A stretch of DNA of 64,000 nt from Octopus vulgaris (lineage: Eukaryota), in assembly GCA_951406725.2 (NCBI GenBank), contig OX597830.1, forward strand, positions 79,112,001-79,176,000. Direction: 5' to 3'. Position 1 is the first letter of the stretch; each line of letters opens with the position of its first letter. A program made the translations under genes and the position numbers. This document shows, in pieces, positions 1-11,612 of this stretch. The notes below the pieces were generated by a model, which saw nothing but the letters and a program-made list of their open reading frames with translations, ran no database searches and had not been told where the DNA came from.

Positions 1-70
1 AGATGGATGAAATGTTGCGAAGCATTTTGCCCCTGCATGCTAACAATTCTGCCAGCTTGCCACCTTAATA

Positions 71-134
<64 letters not shown>

Positions 135-137
<3 letters not shown>

Positions 138-685
138 TGCAGTACCAGGCAGTGGCTCTCATGGTTTCTGATCTTAACTGATTGGAAGTGTTATCATGTA
201 CATTGTTTTGTCTTGGTATAAAAGATGGGCTACAGTAAATATTCTGCTCAATACCACAGATTTGCTTGTCAGTTGTTTGACCGTAACCAGTTGAGCATGT
301 CCCTTAGTGGCTGACGATATGTGCATCTCTGATCACGAGCAGAAGTAGTGGGGGAGCATCATAGCCATGTGTTGAGAAGGATTCTTTGGGGTTTGAATAA
401 TTCCCCTCTGGAAACATGGGTGGTTCTTTCAACATCCTTAAACAACCCTTATTCAGGGACCGTTTGAGCGGGATGGGCTAGTCAACCTGAAGAAAATTCT
501 AACTGGGCCCCACCTGCAAGGTCATGTGCTGTTTATCTTGATATGAGATCACCATGTCGTGCACATATGGTTGTGATGCATGTGCCTGGTGTACCCTTAT
601 CAGACGGGTAGTCATGATGGGTATACTGGGCTTTGTATATTTTACCCCAGTGTCACTTTGATGGCATGCACTGCTCTCTCACTCA
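135..685 (+). mobile_element. Non-coding ~550-bp retroposon-like repeat embedded in (AAT)n, copy 1
   Basis: Near-identical to 808-1320; its last ~160 bp recur at 17635-17795; all copies end at CTCTCTCAC..TC-(AAT)n. Confidence 0.75.
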
Positions 686-712
686 ATAATAATAATAATA
701 ATAATAATAATG

Positions 713-743
<31 letters not shown>

Positions 744-807
744 TAATAATAATAATAATGATAATAATAATGATAATAATAATAATAATAATGATAATAA
801 TAATAAA

Positions 808-1318
808 TGCCCTGATGCAGTACCAGGCAGTGGCTCTCATGGCTTCTGATCTTAACTGATTGGAAGTGTTATCATGTACATTGTTTTATCTTGGTATAAA
901 AGATGGACAACAGCAAATATTCTGTTCAATACCACAGATTTGCTTGTGAGCTGTTTGACCATAACCATTTGAGCATGTCTGATGATATGTGCATCTCTGA
1001 TCCTGAGCAGAAGTAGTGGGGGAGCATCATAGCCATGTGTTGAGAGGGATTCTTAGAGGTTTGGATAATTCACCTTTGGAAACATGGGTGGTTCATTCAA
1101 CATCCTTAAACAATCTTTATTCAGGGACCCTTTGAGTGAGATGGGCTACTCGACCAGAAGAAAATTCTAACTGGACCCCACCTGCAAGGTCATGCGCTGT
1201 TTATCCTGATATGAGATCACCATGTCATGCACATATGGTTGTCATGATGGATATACTGGGCTTCATATATTTTACCCCAGTGTCACTTTGATGGCATGCA
1301 CTGCTCTCTCACCCACTC

Positions 1319-1320
<2 letters not shown>
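808..1320 (+). mobile_element. Same ~550-bp repeat, copy 2 (two internal deletions)
   Basis: Direct repeat of 135-685 separated by an (AAT/GAT)n tract. Confidence 0.75.
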
Positions 1321-1357
<37 letters not shown>

Positions 1358-1420
1358 TTTTTTTTTTTTGTACTTGTTTCAGTCATTTTGACTGCGGCCA
1401 TGCTGGAGCACCGCCTTTAG

Positions 1421-1587
1421 AGTGGTGAAAGAGTACAGCAGGGATAACCACCATCCCCTGCCGGAGCCTCGTGGAGCTTTTAGGTGTTTTTGCTCAATAA
1501 ACACACACAACGCCCGGTCTGGGAATCGAAACCGCGATCCTCCGACCGCAAGTCCGCTGCCCTAACCACTGGGCCATTGCGCCTCCA
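1421..1587 (-). mobile_element. tRNA-derived SINE family D, 5' part
   Basis: Minus strand GGCGCAATGGCCCAGTGGTTAGGGCAG (A box) ... GGTTTCGATTCCC (B box); longer copy at 56060-56492. Confidence 0.75.
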
Positions 1588-1902
1588 TAATAATAATAAT
1601 AATAATAATAATGATGATAATAATAATTTCTCCTATAGACACAATGCCTGAAATTTGAAGGGAGGAGGCAAGTCGATTACATATCAAGACTCCTAAAATA
1701 CTAAAATGATGAGATGGTCACTGACGGAATGTTTTCCATTACAGATCTGCTTAAATCAGGTCTTTTCTTGGGGCTAAACAACATTTGAAAAATAGAAACA
1801 AAGGTGAAGGTCAGCAGCTAGAGCACCAGTAGTAGATTGTACAACTAGTGGTGGTGGCTAGTAGTGGTAGTGGTGGTGGCTAGTAGTGGTAGTGGTGGTG
1901 GC

Positions 1903-1936
<34 letters not shown>

Positions 1937-2634
1937 GGTGGTGGTGGTGGTGGGTTGTAGTAGAGGTGATGGTAGTTAGTGGATAATAGTGGTAGTAACT
2001 GTAGTCATAGTACTGATGGTAGTGGTTGCAATTATAGTTGTGGTGGTGGTGGTGGCTGACAGTAGCAAAAGCCGTAGTAATAGTGTTGTGGTGCTTCTAA
2101 GCAACAGATTAATCCATCTCCACCACTCCAATAACAATTATCTTGCCATTATAGAGACAAGTTCACTCTTTCTCTCTCTCCTCTCTCTTTGTGTCTCCTT
2201 CCTCTCCTTTCTTTCCCCCTCCTCTCTCTCTTTCTCACTCCTGCTTCAGGGTGAAAGGAGGAGGTGATGAAACCAGGGTGGAAGGGTGAGGTTGATAGGT
2301 GCAGGGTTTGGAGTGTTTGTTTGGGGAGGAGGGGTGTATTAGAGGACAAAACATTCCTTACTTATAATTGCTTCGCACACACATACACACATGCACGTGC
2401 ATAAACAAACACAGACATGGATGCTTACATAGATATACGCAACACAGATATGTACCACACGCATTCACATAAATATATACATGCATGCATACATACATAC
2501 ATACATACCATATTTTCTGGCATACAAGTTGACTTGGGATATAGTCTAAAGCAGTGGTCCTCAACCAGGGTCCACATAAGATTCTGTCATTAAAATTTAT
2601 GTGCAAGAAACTGGTTTTATTTCTACCATGCTCA

Positions 2635-3738
2635 AAATTTTATAGTTATCTGGTAACTTTGAGTTATCAATCGCTGATAATCCAGCCTCGACCTGTTTCA
2701 TAATTTCCGTCCCGTGACTTCTGTCTGACAATGTTCCAGCATATACTCACCCCAAGCTCTTGACGGGGTTTTCTTTGACAGTTGGAATGCTTTCTTCAGC
2801 TATTCGAAACTTAAATTCCTTCTGTACTCCCTTAACAGATGTCAGACAACGCAGCTACTTTTGCTCTAAACTGCATCCTTGACCACCTCACATGTTCGTC
2901 TAGTCTCAAGTGGGCATTCTGCATGACTTGTTTATCTGTAGCTAGAAGTGTCACATGGCGATCTTTCGGTACTAGTAACATAATTGCCAATTATAAACCC
3001 ACGTGGGTTTATTTACATTTCTGAAGAAAAAAGATACCCTTCCTCCGACCCTTAACCCTAACCCTAACCCTAAACCTACATATATAAAAAAATTAAAGTT
3101 TTACGGAAAGTGACGATCTTCTTCTTTAAATGTAAACAAATACACGTGATGTAAATGGGACTCGTATCGAAAGAATGCCATGTCACATTATCCATAAAAA
3201 CTTTCTTAGGCGATTGTACATGGGCAATTTGTTCTGAAAAATCTACACCTTTCAAAATCATTTCCATGACTAAGATAAACCACATGACAGATATTGTACA
3301 GCCAGCAGCAGCAATGCCAATCTCCAATCGGTGCCAATCTGTTGTAAAATCTCCAGCTGTAAACCTCATTTCGAAACTGTCATAGTACATCCTCATTGTT
3401 TTGATCACTTTGTTTGGAATGTGGAAGTGGTCCATTGCTCTTATCAGTAATTCGTGTGGCACTGAGACATATGCATTAGCTAGGTGAAGCCATACCACGT
3501 ACAGACTTTTCTTGTTCTGTTTGGCATCCTGGATTGCTTTCCAAATCAAAAAACAGTGTTCAATGCATCCAGGGATCCTGGGGATTCTGGCCTTTTGAAC
3601 AGATTCATCAACATATCCATTATTCTGTAAATATGTCACTGTTCTCCTCGACAGAATTCCCATAAAGATCTTGCCTTCCACATTCAATAAGGATATCGGC
3701 CTAAACTGTTTTATAGTCTCTGCATTGGCCTCCTTCGG
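2635..3738 (-). mobile_element. HERO-clade (RLE) non-LTR retrotransposon reverse transcriptase fragment, decayed
   Basis: FRPISLLNVEGKIF, QKARIPRIPGCIEH, VVWLHLANAYVSVPH, GCTIS, FMDNVT; resumes past an insertion as LDEHVRWSRMQF..IPTVKENPVKSLG..IDNSKLP. Confidence 0.85.
2913..3179. mobile_element. MITE-like insertion with 8-bp TIR and internal (TAACCC)n
   Basis: GGCATTCT...AGAATGCC termini; interrupts the HERO RT right after FMDNVT. Confidence 0.6.
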
Positions 3739-3860
3739 CAGATCAGACTGGAGCCTGGTGCAGCCTCCTGGCTTCCCAGACCCCAGTCGAACCGTCCAAC
3801 CCATGCTAGATGGAAAGCAGACGTTAAACGATGATGATGATGATAATGATGATGATGATG
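3739..3860 (+). mobile_element. RTE-related SINE family C, 3' end
   Basis: CAGATCAGACTGGAGCC...GGAAAGCAGACGTTAAAC-(GAT)n; same tail at 6880, 9623, 25600, 30658, 32600, 40105. Confidence 0.8.
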
Positions 3861-4054
3861 ATATATATAAATATATGCACATATACACACATACATGTAC
3901 ATGCCTACATATACATGTATATATACATGTACATATGGGTACAGGACGTCAAAAAAACATGAACAAAATGATGTATGTATATATATATATATATATATAT
4001 GCCTCAGAAAGAAGAAATGGAGCAGGCAGGACGAGAGAACATGTGGGACCAAAA

Positions 4055-4097
4055 GTTGCTGAAGATGTCACAGAATGTGTGATGAAAGAACTTTGAC
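4055..4097 (+). ncRNA. Degenerate minimal type I hammerhead ribozyme (Penelope pLTR relic)
   Basis: GTTG-CTGAAGA-T-GTCACA gaatg TGTGAT-GAAA-GAAC-TT-TGAC; stem mismatches are explicable as CpG decay. Confidence 0.55.
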
Positions 4098-4242
4098 AAA
4101 TAGACTAATAATAGTAAAAGAGGTGAAGTGAACATGAAATAAATAGTGTGAGTTCAACTGGCAAAAGATGACTCCTCATATTTAACAATGCCTGTTTGAA
4201 CACACAATTTCACATCAAAATTTTTGCAAAACAAATACATAT

Positions 4243-4426
4243 AGGCGAAGGAGTGGGTGTGTGGTAAGTAGCTTCTTTACGAACCACATGGTTCTGGGTT
4301 CAGTCCCACTGCATAGCACCTTGGGCAAGTGTCTTCTACTATAGCCTCGGGCCGACAAAAACCTTGTGAGTGGATTTGGTAGACGGAAACTGAAAGAAGC
4401 CTGTCATATATATGTATATGTGTATG

Positions 4427-4485
<59 letters not shown>

Positions 4486-4679
4486 CTGTTTGTCCCCCCC
4501 AACATCGCTTGACAACCGATGTTGGTGTGTTTACGTCCCCGTAACTTAGTGGGTCGGTAAAAGAGACCGATAGAATAAGTACTAGGCTTACAAAGAATAA
4601 GTCCTGGGGTCGATTTGCTTGACTAAAGGCAGTGCTCCAGCATGGCCGCGGTGAAATGACTGAAATAAGTAAATGAGTA
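4243..4679 (+). mobile_element. tRNA-headed CORE-SINE family B (OR1/OR2-like), full length
   Basis: A/B-box head, ACCTTGGGCAAGTG CORE motif, internal (TA)(TG) microsatellite, GACTGAAATAAGTAAA tail. Confidence 0.85.
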
Positions 4680-4687
4680 TATGTTCA

Positions 4688-5045
4688 TAGGCACAGGTGT
4701 TTTTGTATGTTAAAAAGCTTGCTTCCCAACCATATGTGTCCAGGTTCAGTCCCACGCTTGGCACTTTGGGCGAGTGCTTTCTACTTTAGCCTTGGGCCAA
4801 CCAAAGCCTCACAAGTGGATTTGGTAGGCAGAAACTGAAAGAAACCCATCGTATATGTGTGTGTGTGTGTGTGTTGGTTCGTTTACGTCCCCATTACTTA
4901 GAAGTTCAGCAAAAGGGTCTGTTGAAATAAGTACTAAGCTTTAAAAAATAAGTTCTGGAGTCAATTTGTTCAACTAAAACCCCTCAAGGTGGTGCTCCAG
5001 CATGGCCACAGCCAAATGACTGAAGCAAGTAAAGTAATAAAAGAA
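4688..5045 (+). mobile_element. CORE-SINE family B, diverged copy
   Basis: Colinear with 4243-4679. Confidence 0.8.
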
Positions 5046-5420
5046 TGTGTGTGTGCATGCATGCGTGTGTATGCTTGTGAAGGCGCATGGCCCAGTGGTT
5101 TGGGCATTGCCCTCACAATCACTAGATTATAGGTTTGATTCCAAGACTAGGCAGTATGTTGTGTTTTTCAGCAAAACACTTCATTTCGCATTGTTCCAGT
5201 GCCCTCTTTTGATCAGGGCGCAATGTTAACCTGCTTACCCAGCCAGTGGTGTGGTATCATTCAAAATGCAAAAGCAATGCAAAGTACATTGTGACCTATG
5301 ATGTGTAACAACATCTGATTGCCTGGTCAGTCACATGCTCACATGATATGTGTGTATGTGTGTATTGTATGTATATATATGTGTATATATATATAAATAT
5401 ATATATATATAAATTTTTCT

Positions 5421-5457
<37 letters not shown>

Positions 5458-5603
5458 ATGTAGATATGTGTGTGTGTGCATGTATATGTATATATGCATG
5501 TGTGTATGTATGTAGGGAGAGTTCACGAAGAAACAAAAGACAAAGACAGGTGGTGTACAAAACAAACAGATGTATTAGTATAACGCTCAGGAATAGAAAA
5601 AGT

Positions 5604-5639
5604 CTTTTATGTTTTGAGCCTACGCTCTTCTACAGAAAG
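5604..5639 (-). ncRNA. Degenerate minimal hammerhead motif in a probable Penelope-derived repeat (5515-5670)
   Basis: Minus strand CTTT-CTGTAGA-A-GAGC gtag GCTC-AAAA-CA-TA-AAAG; core positions mutated. Confidence 0.45.
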
Positions 5640-6629
5640 GGACACAGAAAGAAACAAGGAGAGAAAAAAATGTGTATGTATGTATATCCCTGCATATATG
5701 TACATTATGCATTATATATATATATGTAACAGACTTTGACCTCAATTTCAATGAAAGACTCATACTTTTTTTTAAATTTTCATGAACAAAAATGCGGATG
5801 TTCCAAGTGAATGCTTACGTCATCAAAACTAACGAATCAAACTTGCTGAACTCAAATAGATCAAGCTTTAGATTAGCTAACTCAGCCAACGAAGGAGGCA
5901 GAAATATCTGAAAATAGCTAAACATTTGAACAAAGAGCTTACGGCAGCCATGCATTCACGACGAGTTCTATTCAATATGTATTGAATTCATCAACTAGTT
6001 TCACCAAATATGAAGAGACTGCACCACAACAACCTATTCTATACTAGCTTAAATACACTGGGACAGCTGACACTTGCATTAATTCTCTCTCCCCCACTCT
6101 CTGTTGCTCTGTCTCCCCTTGCTTTCCCCTCTCTCTATGTCTATCTTATCTTCACATATCTACAGAAACTGCATGCAATATTCTGTAGTTTCTCATCGGA
6201 TGGTCATATCCAATACAACGTATGAAAAGTAGAAAATGTCTTCTCTCATACATTCATCGAAATTTCCAGTCACCTTATTGTAAATGTGGTAAAACATATT
6301 TGTGTTAAACTGGTGACGATTTCATATTTGCCCAAATGTTTTACATATGTATGTATGTGTGCATGTGTGTCTACACACATATGCCACATAATACTAATTA
6401 TAATTCTTTCTACTATAGGCACAAGGTCTAAGATGTGGGGGAGGGGGATAATCGATTACATCAACCCCAGTACTCACCTGGTACTTATATTATTGATCCT
6501 GAAAGCATGAAAGACAATGTCGACCTCAGCAGAATTTGAACTCAGAACGTAAAGACAGATGAAATGCCATTAAGCAATTTTCTTGGTGTGCTAACGATAT
6601 TATTATTATTATTAATAATAATAATAATG

Positions 6630-6679
<50 letters not shown>

Positions 6680-7604
6680 TTAGGCTTTAGGGGATGGTGA
6701 GATCAAGGTAGTTCACAGTGTTTGAGATCTAGTTTTATTATGTTCTGTTTTGATTCCTCTCCTGAAACTCACATTTGTCTTTCAGTGACACTGCTTTCTG
6801 CATCGTCGTCGTCATCATTATTATTATATATATATGTGTGTACGTATTTGTATGTGTATATATATATATATATATATACACCCATGCTAGCATGGAAAGC
6901 CATGCTAGCATTGTCCAACCCATGCTAGCATGGAAAGCGGACGTTAAACGATGATGATATATATGTCTGTGTGTGTGTGAATATATAGAGGGGTGTATGT
7001 ATATATTTGCTATACTGTACTTGCAATGTTTATTGCCAATCTAGCTGGACACTATGGGTGAACAGCTTACTTTTGTTGGCCATCTCTTTATCTCACTATG
7101 GCCATCATGTCTAAAGTAGAAAACAATGTTTTTCTTGAGATTTTAGACTCTTTCCTTTTCTATCTGTCTCCATAATTTCATTTTCTTTTTCCTTTTTCCA
7201 TCTGGGTTTTGACAGCTAATCACTTATACATTCCTGTTTAAATGCATATCAACATTCACATTTCCTGTATATTTCTGTATGCGCATGAATAGTAATTTAC
7301 GTATGTCTCCATTATGCACCTGTCTACATACATATAGTTATATGGTTATATATGGTTATATAGTTATATGGTTATTTAAATCTGTATTTTTCGAGGAGTG
7401 CTTTCTTTCATTCAGGTTCTTCAGAACACCATAACTTATGTATTTCATTTTTGTTACGGTTTCAATAATGACCATTTTCCATGTATTTAAACATTTTCCT
7501 AAATAAACACACACTTCATTTCAGAAGCTCCAAAGAACGATCATAGAGGAGCTTTGCGAAGCGCGTTATAAGGTCACTACCCAAATAATGTTACATATTA
7601 TGCA

Positions 7605-8040
7605 TATGCAGGCATGGCTGTGTGGTAAGAAACTTACTTACCAACCACCTGGTTCCGGGTTCAGTCCCTCTGCGTGACACCTTAGGCAAGTGTCTTCTAC
7701 TATAGCCTCGAGCTGACCAAAGCCTTGTGAGTGGATTTGGTAGACGGAAACTAAAAGAAGCCCTTTGTGTGTGTATATACGTGTGTGTGTGTGTGTATGT
7801 GTGCGTGTCTATACATGTGTATGTCTTTGTGTCTGTGTTTGTCCCTCACCACTACTTGACAATCAGTGTTGGAGTGTTTTGTCCCTGTAACTTAGCAATT
7901 TGATAAAGGAGACCAATAGAATAAATACCAGGCTACAAAAAGCCCTGGGATCGATTAATTCAACTAAGACCTTCAAGGCAGTGCCCCATCATGGCCACTG
8001 TCACATGACTGAGACAAGTTAAAGATGAAAGAAAAGATAA
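7605..8040 (+). mobile_element. CORE-SINE family B
   Basis: Same head, CORE motif and tail as 4243-4679. Confidence 0.8.
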
Positions 8041-8735
8041 GGTATATATATATATATACACACACACATACATATGTACATACATGAATACAGACACATA
8101 TAGGTATACATGGACATACGCATACATTTGTACTTACACACACACACATATATATATATATATACATAGACATATGCATACATGTACATACATATACAAA
8201 CACATATACACACGCATATATATGCATGTGTGCGTGTGTGTGTGTATATGCATACAAACATACGTACATACATGTATGTACGTGCATAAACCATGAATAT
8301 ATATACCTACATACCTACATCTCTATTTATTCATTTATAAATACCTCCATACACAGAGAAACAGCTGACAGGAATTAGAAAGGAAAACGAGAAAGGCCAT
8401 TCAGTCTTTGTCAAAGCTTTCTAAAGACTGCTTTTATAACTTATTAAGTTTCAAGCCCTTATTGTCTTCTTAAATTGAAGGATTTATCTGTCTACCTTAA
8501 TTGGACTTAAGGCCAAATAACAGAAAACGCTATTGAGAAGACTAATGGTTTTTGTTATTGTAGTTGTAGCTTTCGTTGTCATTGTAGTTGCTTTTGTTGT
8601 TGTTGTTCTTGTTGTTTTTGTTGCTATTAAATGCTGGGTTAACACTGAATAAGTGGATGTATCATTAACTCTTTTGATGTCATCAGACACCAAAGACTAT
8701 TTTGATACTGGGGGTAACAGTTACATGACACTCAC

Positions 8736-8828
8736 TTCGGCCACAACTAAGTGAAACCGTAGTCGTAGCTTGCAGTGTATGCGGAAGGATCTGGTAACGT
8801 TGCTGGAGATCCTGATTTTAGCTGCCAT
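8736..8828 (-). CDS. Candidate first coding exon, 31 aa MAAKIRISSNVTRSFRIHCKLRLRFHLVVAE
   Basis: cacgATGG context, open to GAA|GTGAGT donor; upstream acceptor TATTTCAG| (8853) and donor CAAG|GTAAGG (8994); locally CpG-rich; no homology recognised. Confidence 0.25.
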
Positions 8829-9094
8829 CGTGGTGACATCTTATGTGGTGCACTGAAATAGGTTGTGGTATATGCAGGACATTTGAAATAAGACACCTGC
8901 CTTCTCTTCGTCAACACAGACCTCCCAGGTGGTAACACGCCCTTCCATGTAGCCCGACCCGAACGCTAAAAATAGCAACTGCTTTTTCCCTTACCTTGTT
9001 AAAGTGCTCAGACGTCCAGCACTGTTGGCTACCCCGATCGAAAAGGTCCAATTATCCCCTGCCTGCGTGCGCCTCACTCCTGCACCCTTCCTCT

Positions 9095-9237
9095 TCCGGT
9101 CAGCTCCCAGGTTCCAGTCAGCTCCCAAGTTCCAGTCAGCTCCCAAGTTCCGGTCAGCTCTCAAGTTCCAGTCAGCTCCCAAGTTCCGGTCAGCTCCCAT
9201 AGTTCTGGTCAGCTCCCAAGTTCTGGTCAGCTCCCCA
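9095..9237. repeat. 18-bp minisatellite, ~8 copies
   Basis: TCC(A/G)GTCAGCTCCCAAGT repeated. Confidence 0.95.
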
Positions 9238-9259
9238 GCAGCTGATGTTATCCCACAGT

Positions 9260-9623
9260 AGCCAATGCCAGTGTCGTGTAATTGGCACCCATGCCAGTGA
9301 CATGTAAAAAGTACCCTTTGATGTTTGGGCCTCATGGAGACAGTGATAAGTGACTGAGACCTTTGGCAATATATCATGCTTGAGAAGACCTGTCAAACCA
9401 AGTGAGGTCGTAGTCGTGGCCGATGCTAGGGTTTTGCAACTAGCAACCATGCCAGTGGCATGTAAAATGCACCCACTACACTCTTGGGATGGTTGGTGTT
9501 AGGAAAGGCATCCAGCTGTAGAAAGCATGCCAAATCAGATTGGAATCTGGTGCGGCTTACTAGTTTTCAGTCAAACTACCCAGCCCATGCCAGCATGGAA
9601 AACGGTTGCTAAATGATGATGAT
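9260..9623 (+). mobile_element. RTE-related SINE family C
   Basis: TGCCAGTGGCA units, GTTAGGAAAGGCATCCAGCTGTAGAAA motif, (GAT)n tail. Confidence 0.75.
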
Positions 9624-9641
9624 ACAAATTTTCTGCTTTTA

Positions 9642-10208
9642 TTGGGTTGTCCGGAAAGTTTGTGCCGATTTATAGTAGCTTACCTTTCGACTTATTTTAG
9701 AACATGGTTGAGTCTGTAAAATAGGATTTGACTACACCTCCATTTAGAGCACAGTTTAAGCTATCTTTTTGTGGAAGAAGGTTTATGTTCCTATAACATG
9801 TGTTAATTCTCTAACCCTTTAAAATGGAAGATAAGATAGTTCATTTTCGGCACTTGATGCTTTGGGAACCAGACAAAAATTGCTGCAGCTCGGGCTGGGA
9901 TGTGTTACCCCACCCTCCATATTCACCAGATATTGCTCCTTCGGATTTCCACTTATTCAGGTCTCTGCAGAATAGTCTTAATGGTAAAAATTTCAATTCC
10001 TTGGATGATGTAAAAAGATACCTTGATGAATTCTTTGCCATGAAACCACCACAATTCTGGGAAGAGGATATTTTCCAGTTAAAGGAAAGATGGAGACGCA
10101 TTGTGCAACAAAATGGTTTATATTTGGTTGATTAAAAATGTAATGGCAAGTATTTATTGACCTTTTTCTTTCCTTTAAAAATCGGTACGGACTTTCTGGA
10201 CAACCCAA
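9642..10208 (+). mobile_element. Mariner-like element, internally deleted, both TIRs present
   Basis: TA|TTGGGTTGTCCGGAAAGTTTGTGCCGATTT ... AAATCGGTACGGACTTTCTGGACAACCCAA|TA; ORF 9824-10135 with WDVLPHPPYSPDIAPSDFHLF. Confidence 0.95.
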
Positions 10209-10377
10209 TATATCATACACCTAAGATTGTCCTGGTTCTGTTGATACAAACTTTCTGATTTTAAAGTGATTTGAATTTAAAATTATCCATCAAAATTTCA
10301 TATTCATTTATGTTGCAAACACCAGCTTCTTTGTTATTTTCACAATTAACCGAAGCAAAAGCCAAGTAATTAATTAA

Positions 10378-10825
10378 CCTTTTAGCATTTAAACCAGCCA
10401 TATCCAGCCCAAATATTCTATCTATTTTACATTCAAACTGGCCAGAATGACCCCTTGAGTCATTCTAACAGCGAGCTGGCAGAAACTTTAGCACACCGGG
10501 CGAAATGCTTAGCAATATTTCGTCTGCCGTTACGTTCTGAGTTCAAATTCCACCAAAGTCGACTTTGCCTTTCATCCTTTCGGAGTCGATGAATTAAGTA
10601 CCAATTATGCACTGGGGGCGATGTAATCGACTTAATCCCTTTGCCTGTACTTGTTTGTCCCCCTCTATGTTTAGCCCCTTATGAGTAGTAAAGAAATAAG
10701 AATGACCCCTTGAACCTGCCCTACAATGCCATTCTAAAAACAAACAATCACATAATTTGAAATCTGCGAAACAATATGAATAAATAAGCTTTCATTTGAC
10801 AGAATCATCTGAATGCTAAGAGGTT
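10378..10825. mobile_element. piggyBac-type MITE interrupted by a family A SINE
   Basis: TTAA|CCTTTTAGCATT start, homologous to 35811-36030. Confidence 0.7.
10467..10698 (+). mobile_element. tRNA-headed SINE family A (Meta/MESC-like central domain)
   Basis: TGGCAGAAA A box, GAGTTCAAATTCC B box, GCCTTTCATCCTTTCGGAGTCGAT core; 15-bp TSD AGAATGACCCCTTGA. Confidence 0.85.
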
Positions 10826-11046
10826 CAGGTAGATTTTTGTATACTCAGATTGCCTTCATGTCACCATCTTTCCCCTGTTTCCATGCAATGTAATATTTCC
10901 TCATGGCAAGATATGTTTCTACAGGAATATTAGAAACAAATTGTACAACTTATAAGACAATGACATTCATTTACATCTATGACATGATGTCACGAGAAAG
11001 ACACACACACACAAAACAGCTCTAAACATACACACACACACACACA

Positions 11047-11612
11047 TCTATTATATAAAATCCTTTCCGTCTGTCTGTGTGTGTGTTTTCTCGGATCTCG
11101 GGCATCCTCCATCCGATTGCGCTCAAATTTGATATGTAGATAACGACAGTATCAGGGCGTATATAAGTCTTGAAAAAATTACAAAAATCGATTCCACGTG
11201 AGAATGCAATCAATAAAGCCATGTTTGTCCTGCTTTTCTTCTGTCAACCTGTACATAACTGCACCTTCTATTTTTTATTGTTTTTGTACTGCTTAAAGGC
11301 AAATTTCTTTCCTGCCAAGCTTACTATTTAAACCATGTTTGTGTTCTCCCAGTCAACAGTCTTATCATTACTGGTACTTTAAACTCTTCGGTTGCATATT
11401 TGTGTGAATAAAATCGTTTTTCTTTGGAATAGGTAAAAAAGTCTATCGTTATTTCTTCTTTTGCTGGTGTCTCAAATTTAGGTTAAATCAGTGTTTCTCA
11501 AAGGGGAGGACTATGGGACGGTCGGACAAGTTGTTTTGAGAAAATTTGGTTTAAATGTTTGACAACTCAGCACCATCCATTGGACGGGGTGGGGGTGGGG
11601 GCGTTTAGCTCA
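11047..11612 (+). mobile_element. Non-autonomous Helitron-like element
   Basis: A|TCTATTATATAAAA 5' end; second copy at 40135-40663 has the 3' hairpin. Confidence 0.7.

Noticed and set aside
1510-1587. Possible tRNA gene (also 56410-56492 and other SINE heads)
   Set aside because: No clean cloverleaf or T-run terminator; continues into a shared SINE body
3050-3077. Telomere or chromosome fusion site
   Set aside because: Only 3-4 TAACCC units inside a small TIR element
9095-9237. CRISPR-like appearance of short repeats (also 25140-25430 and 59960-60200)
   Set aside because: No unique spacers, no cas genes, eukaryotic context
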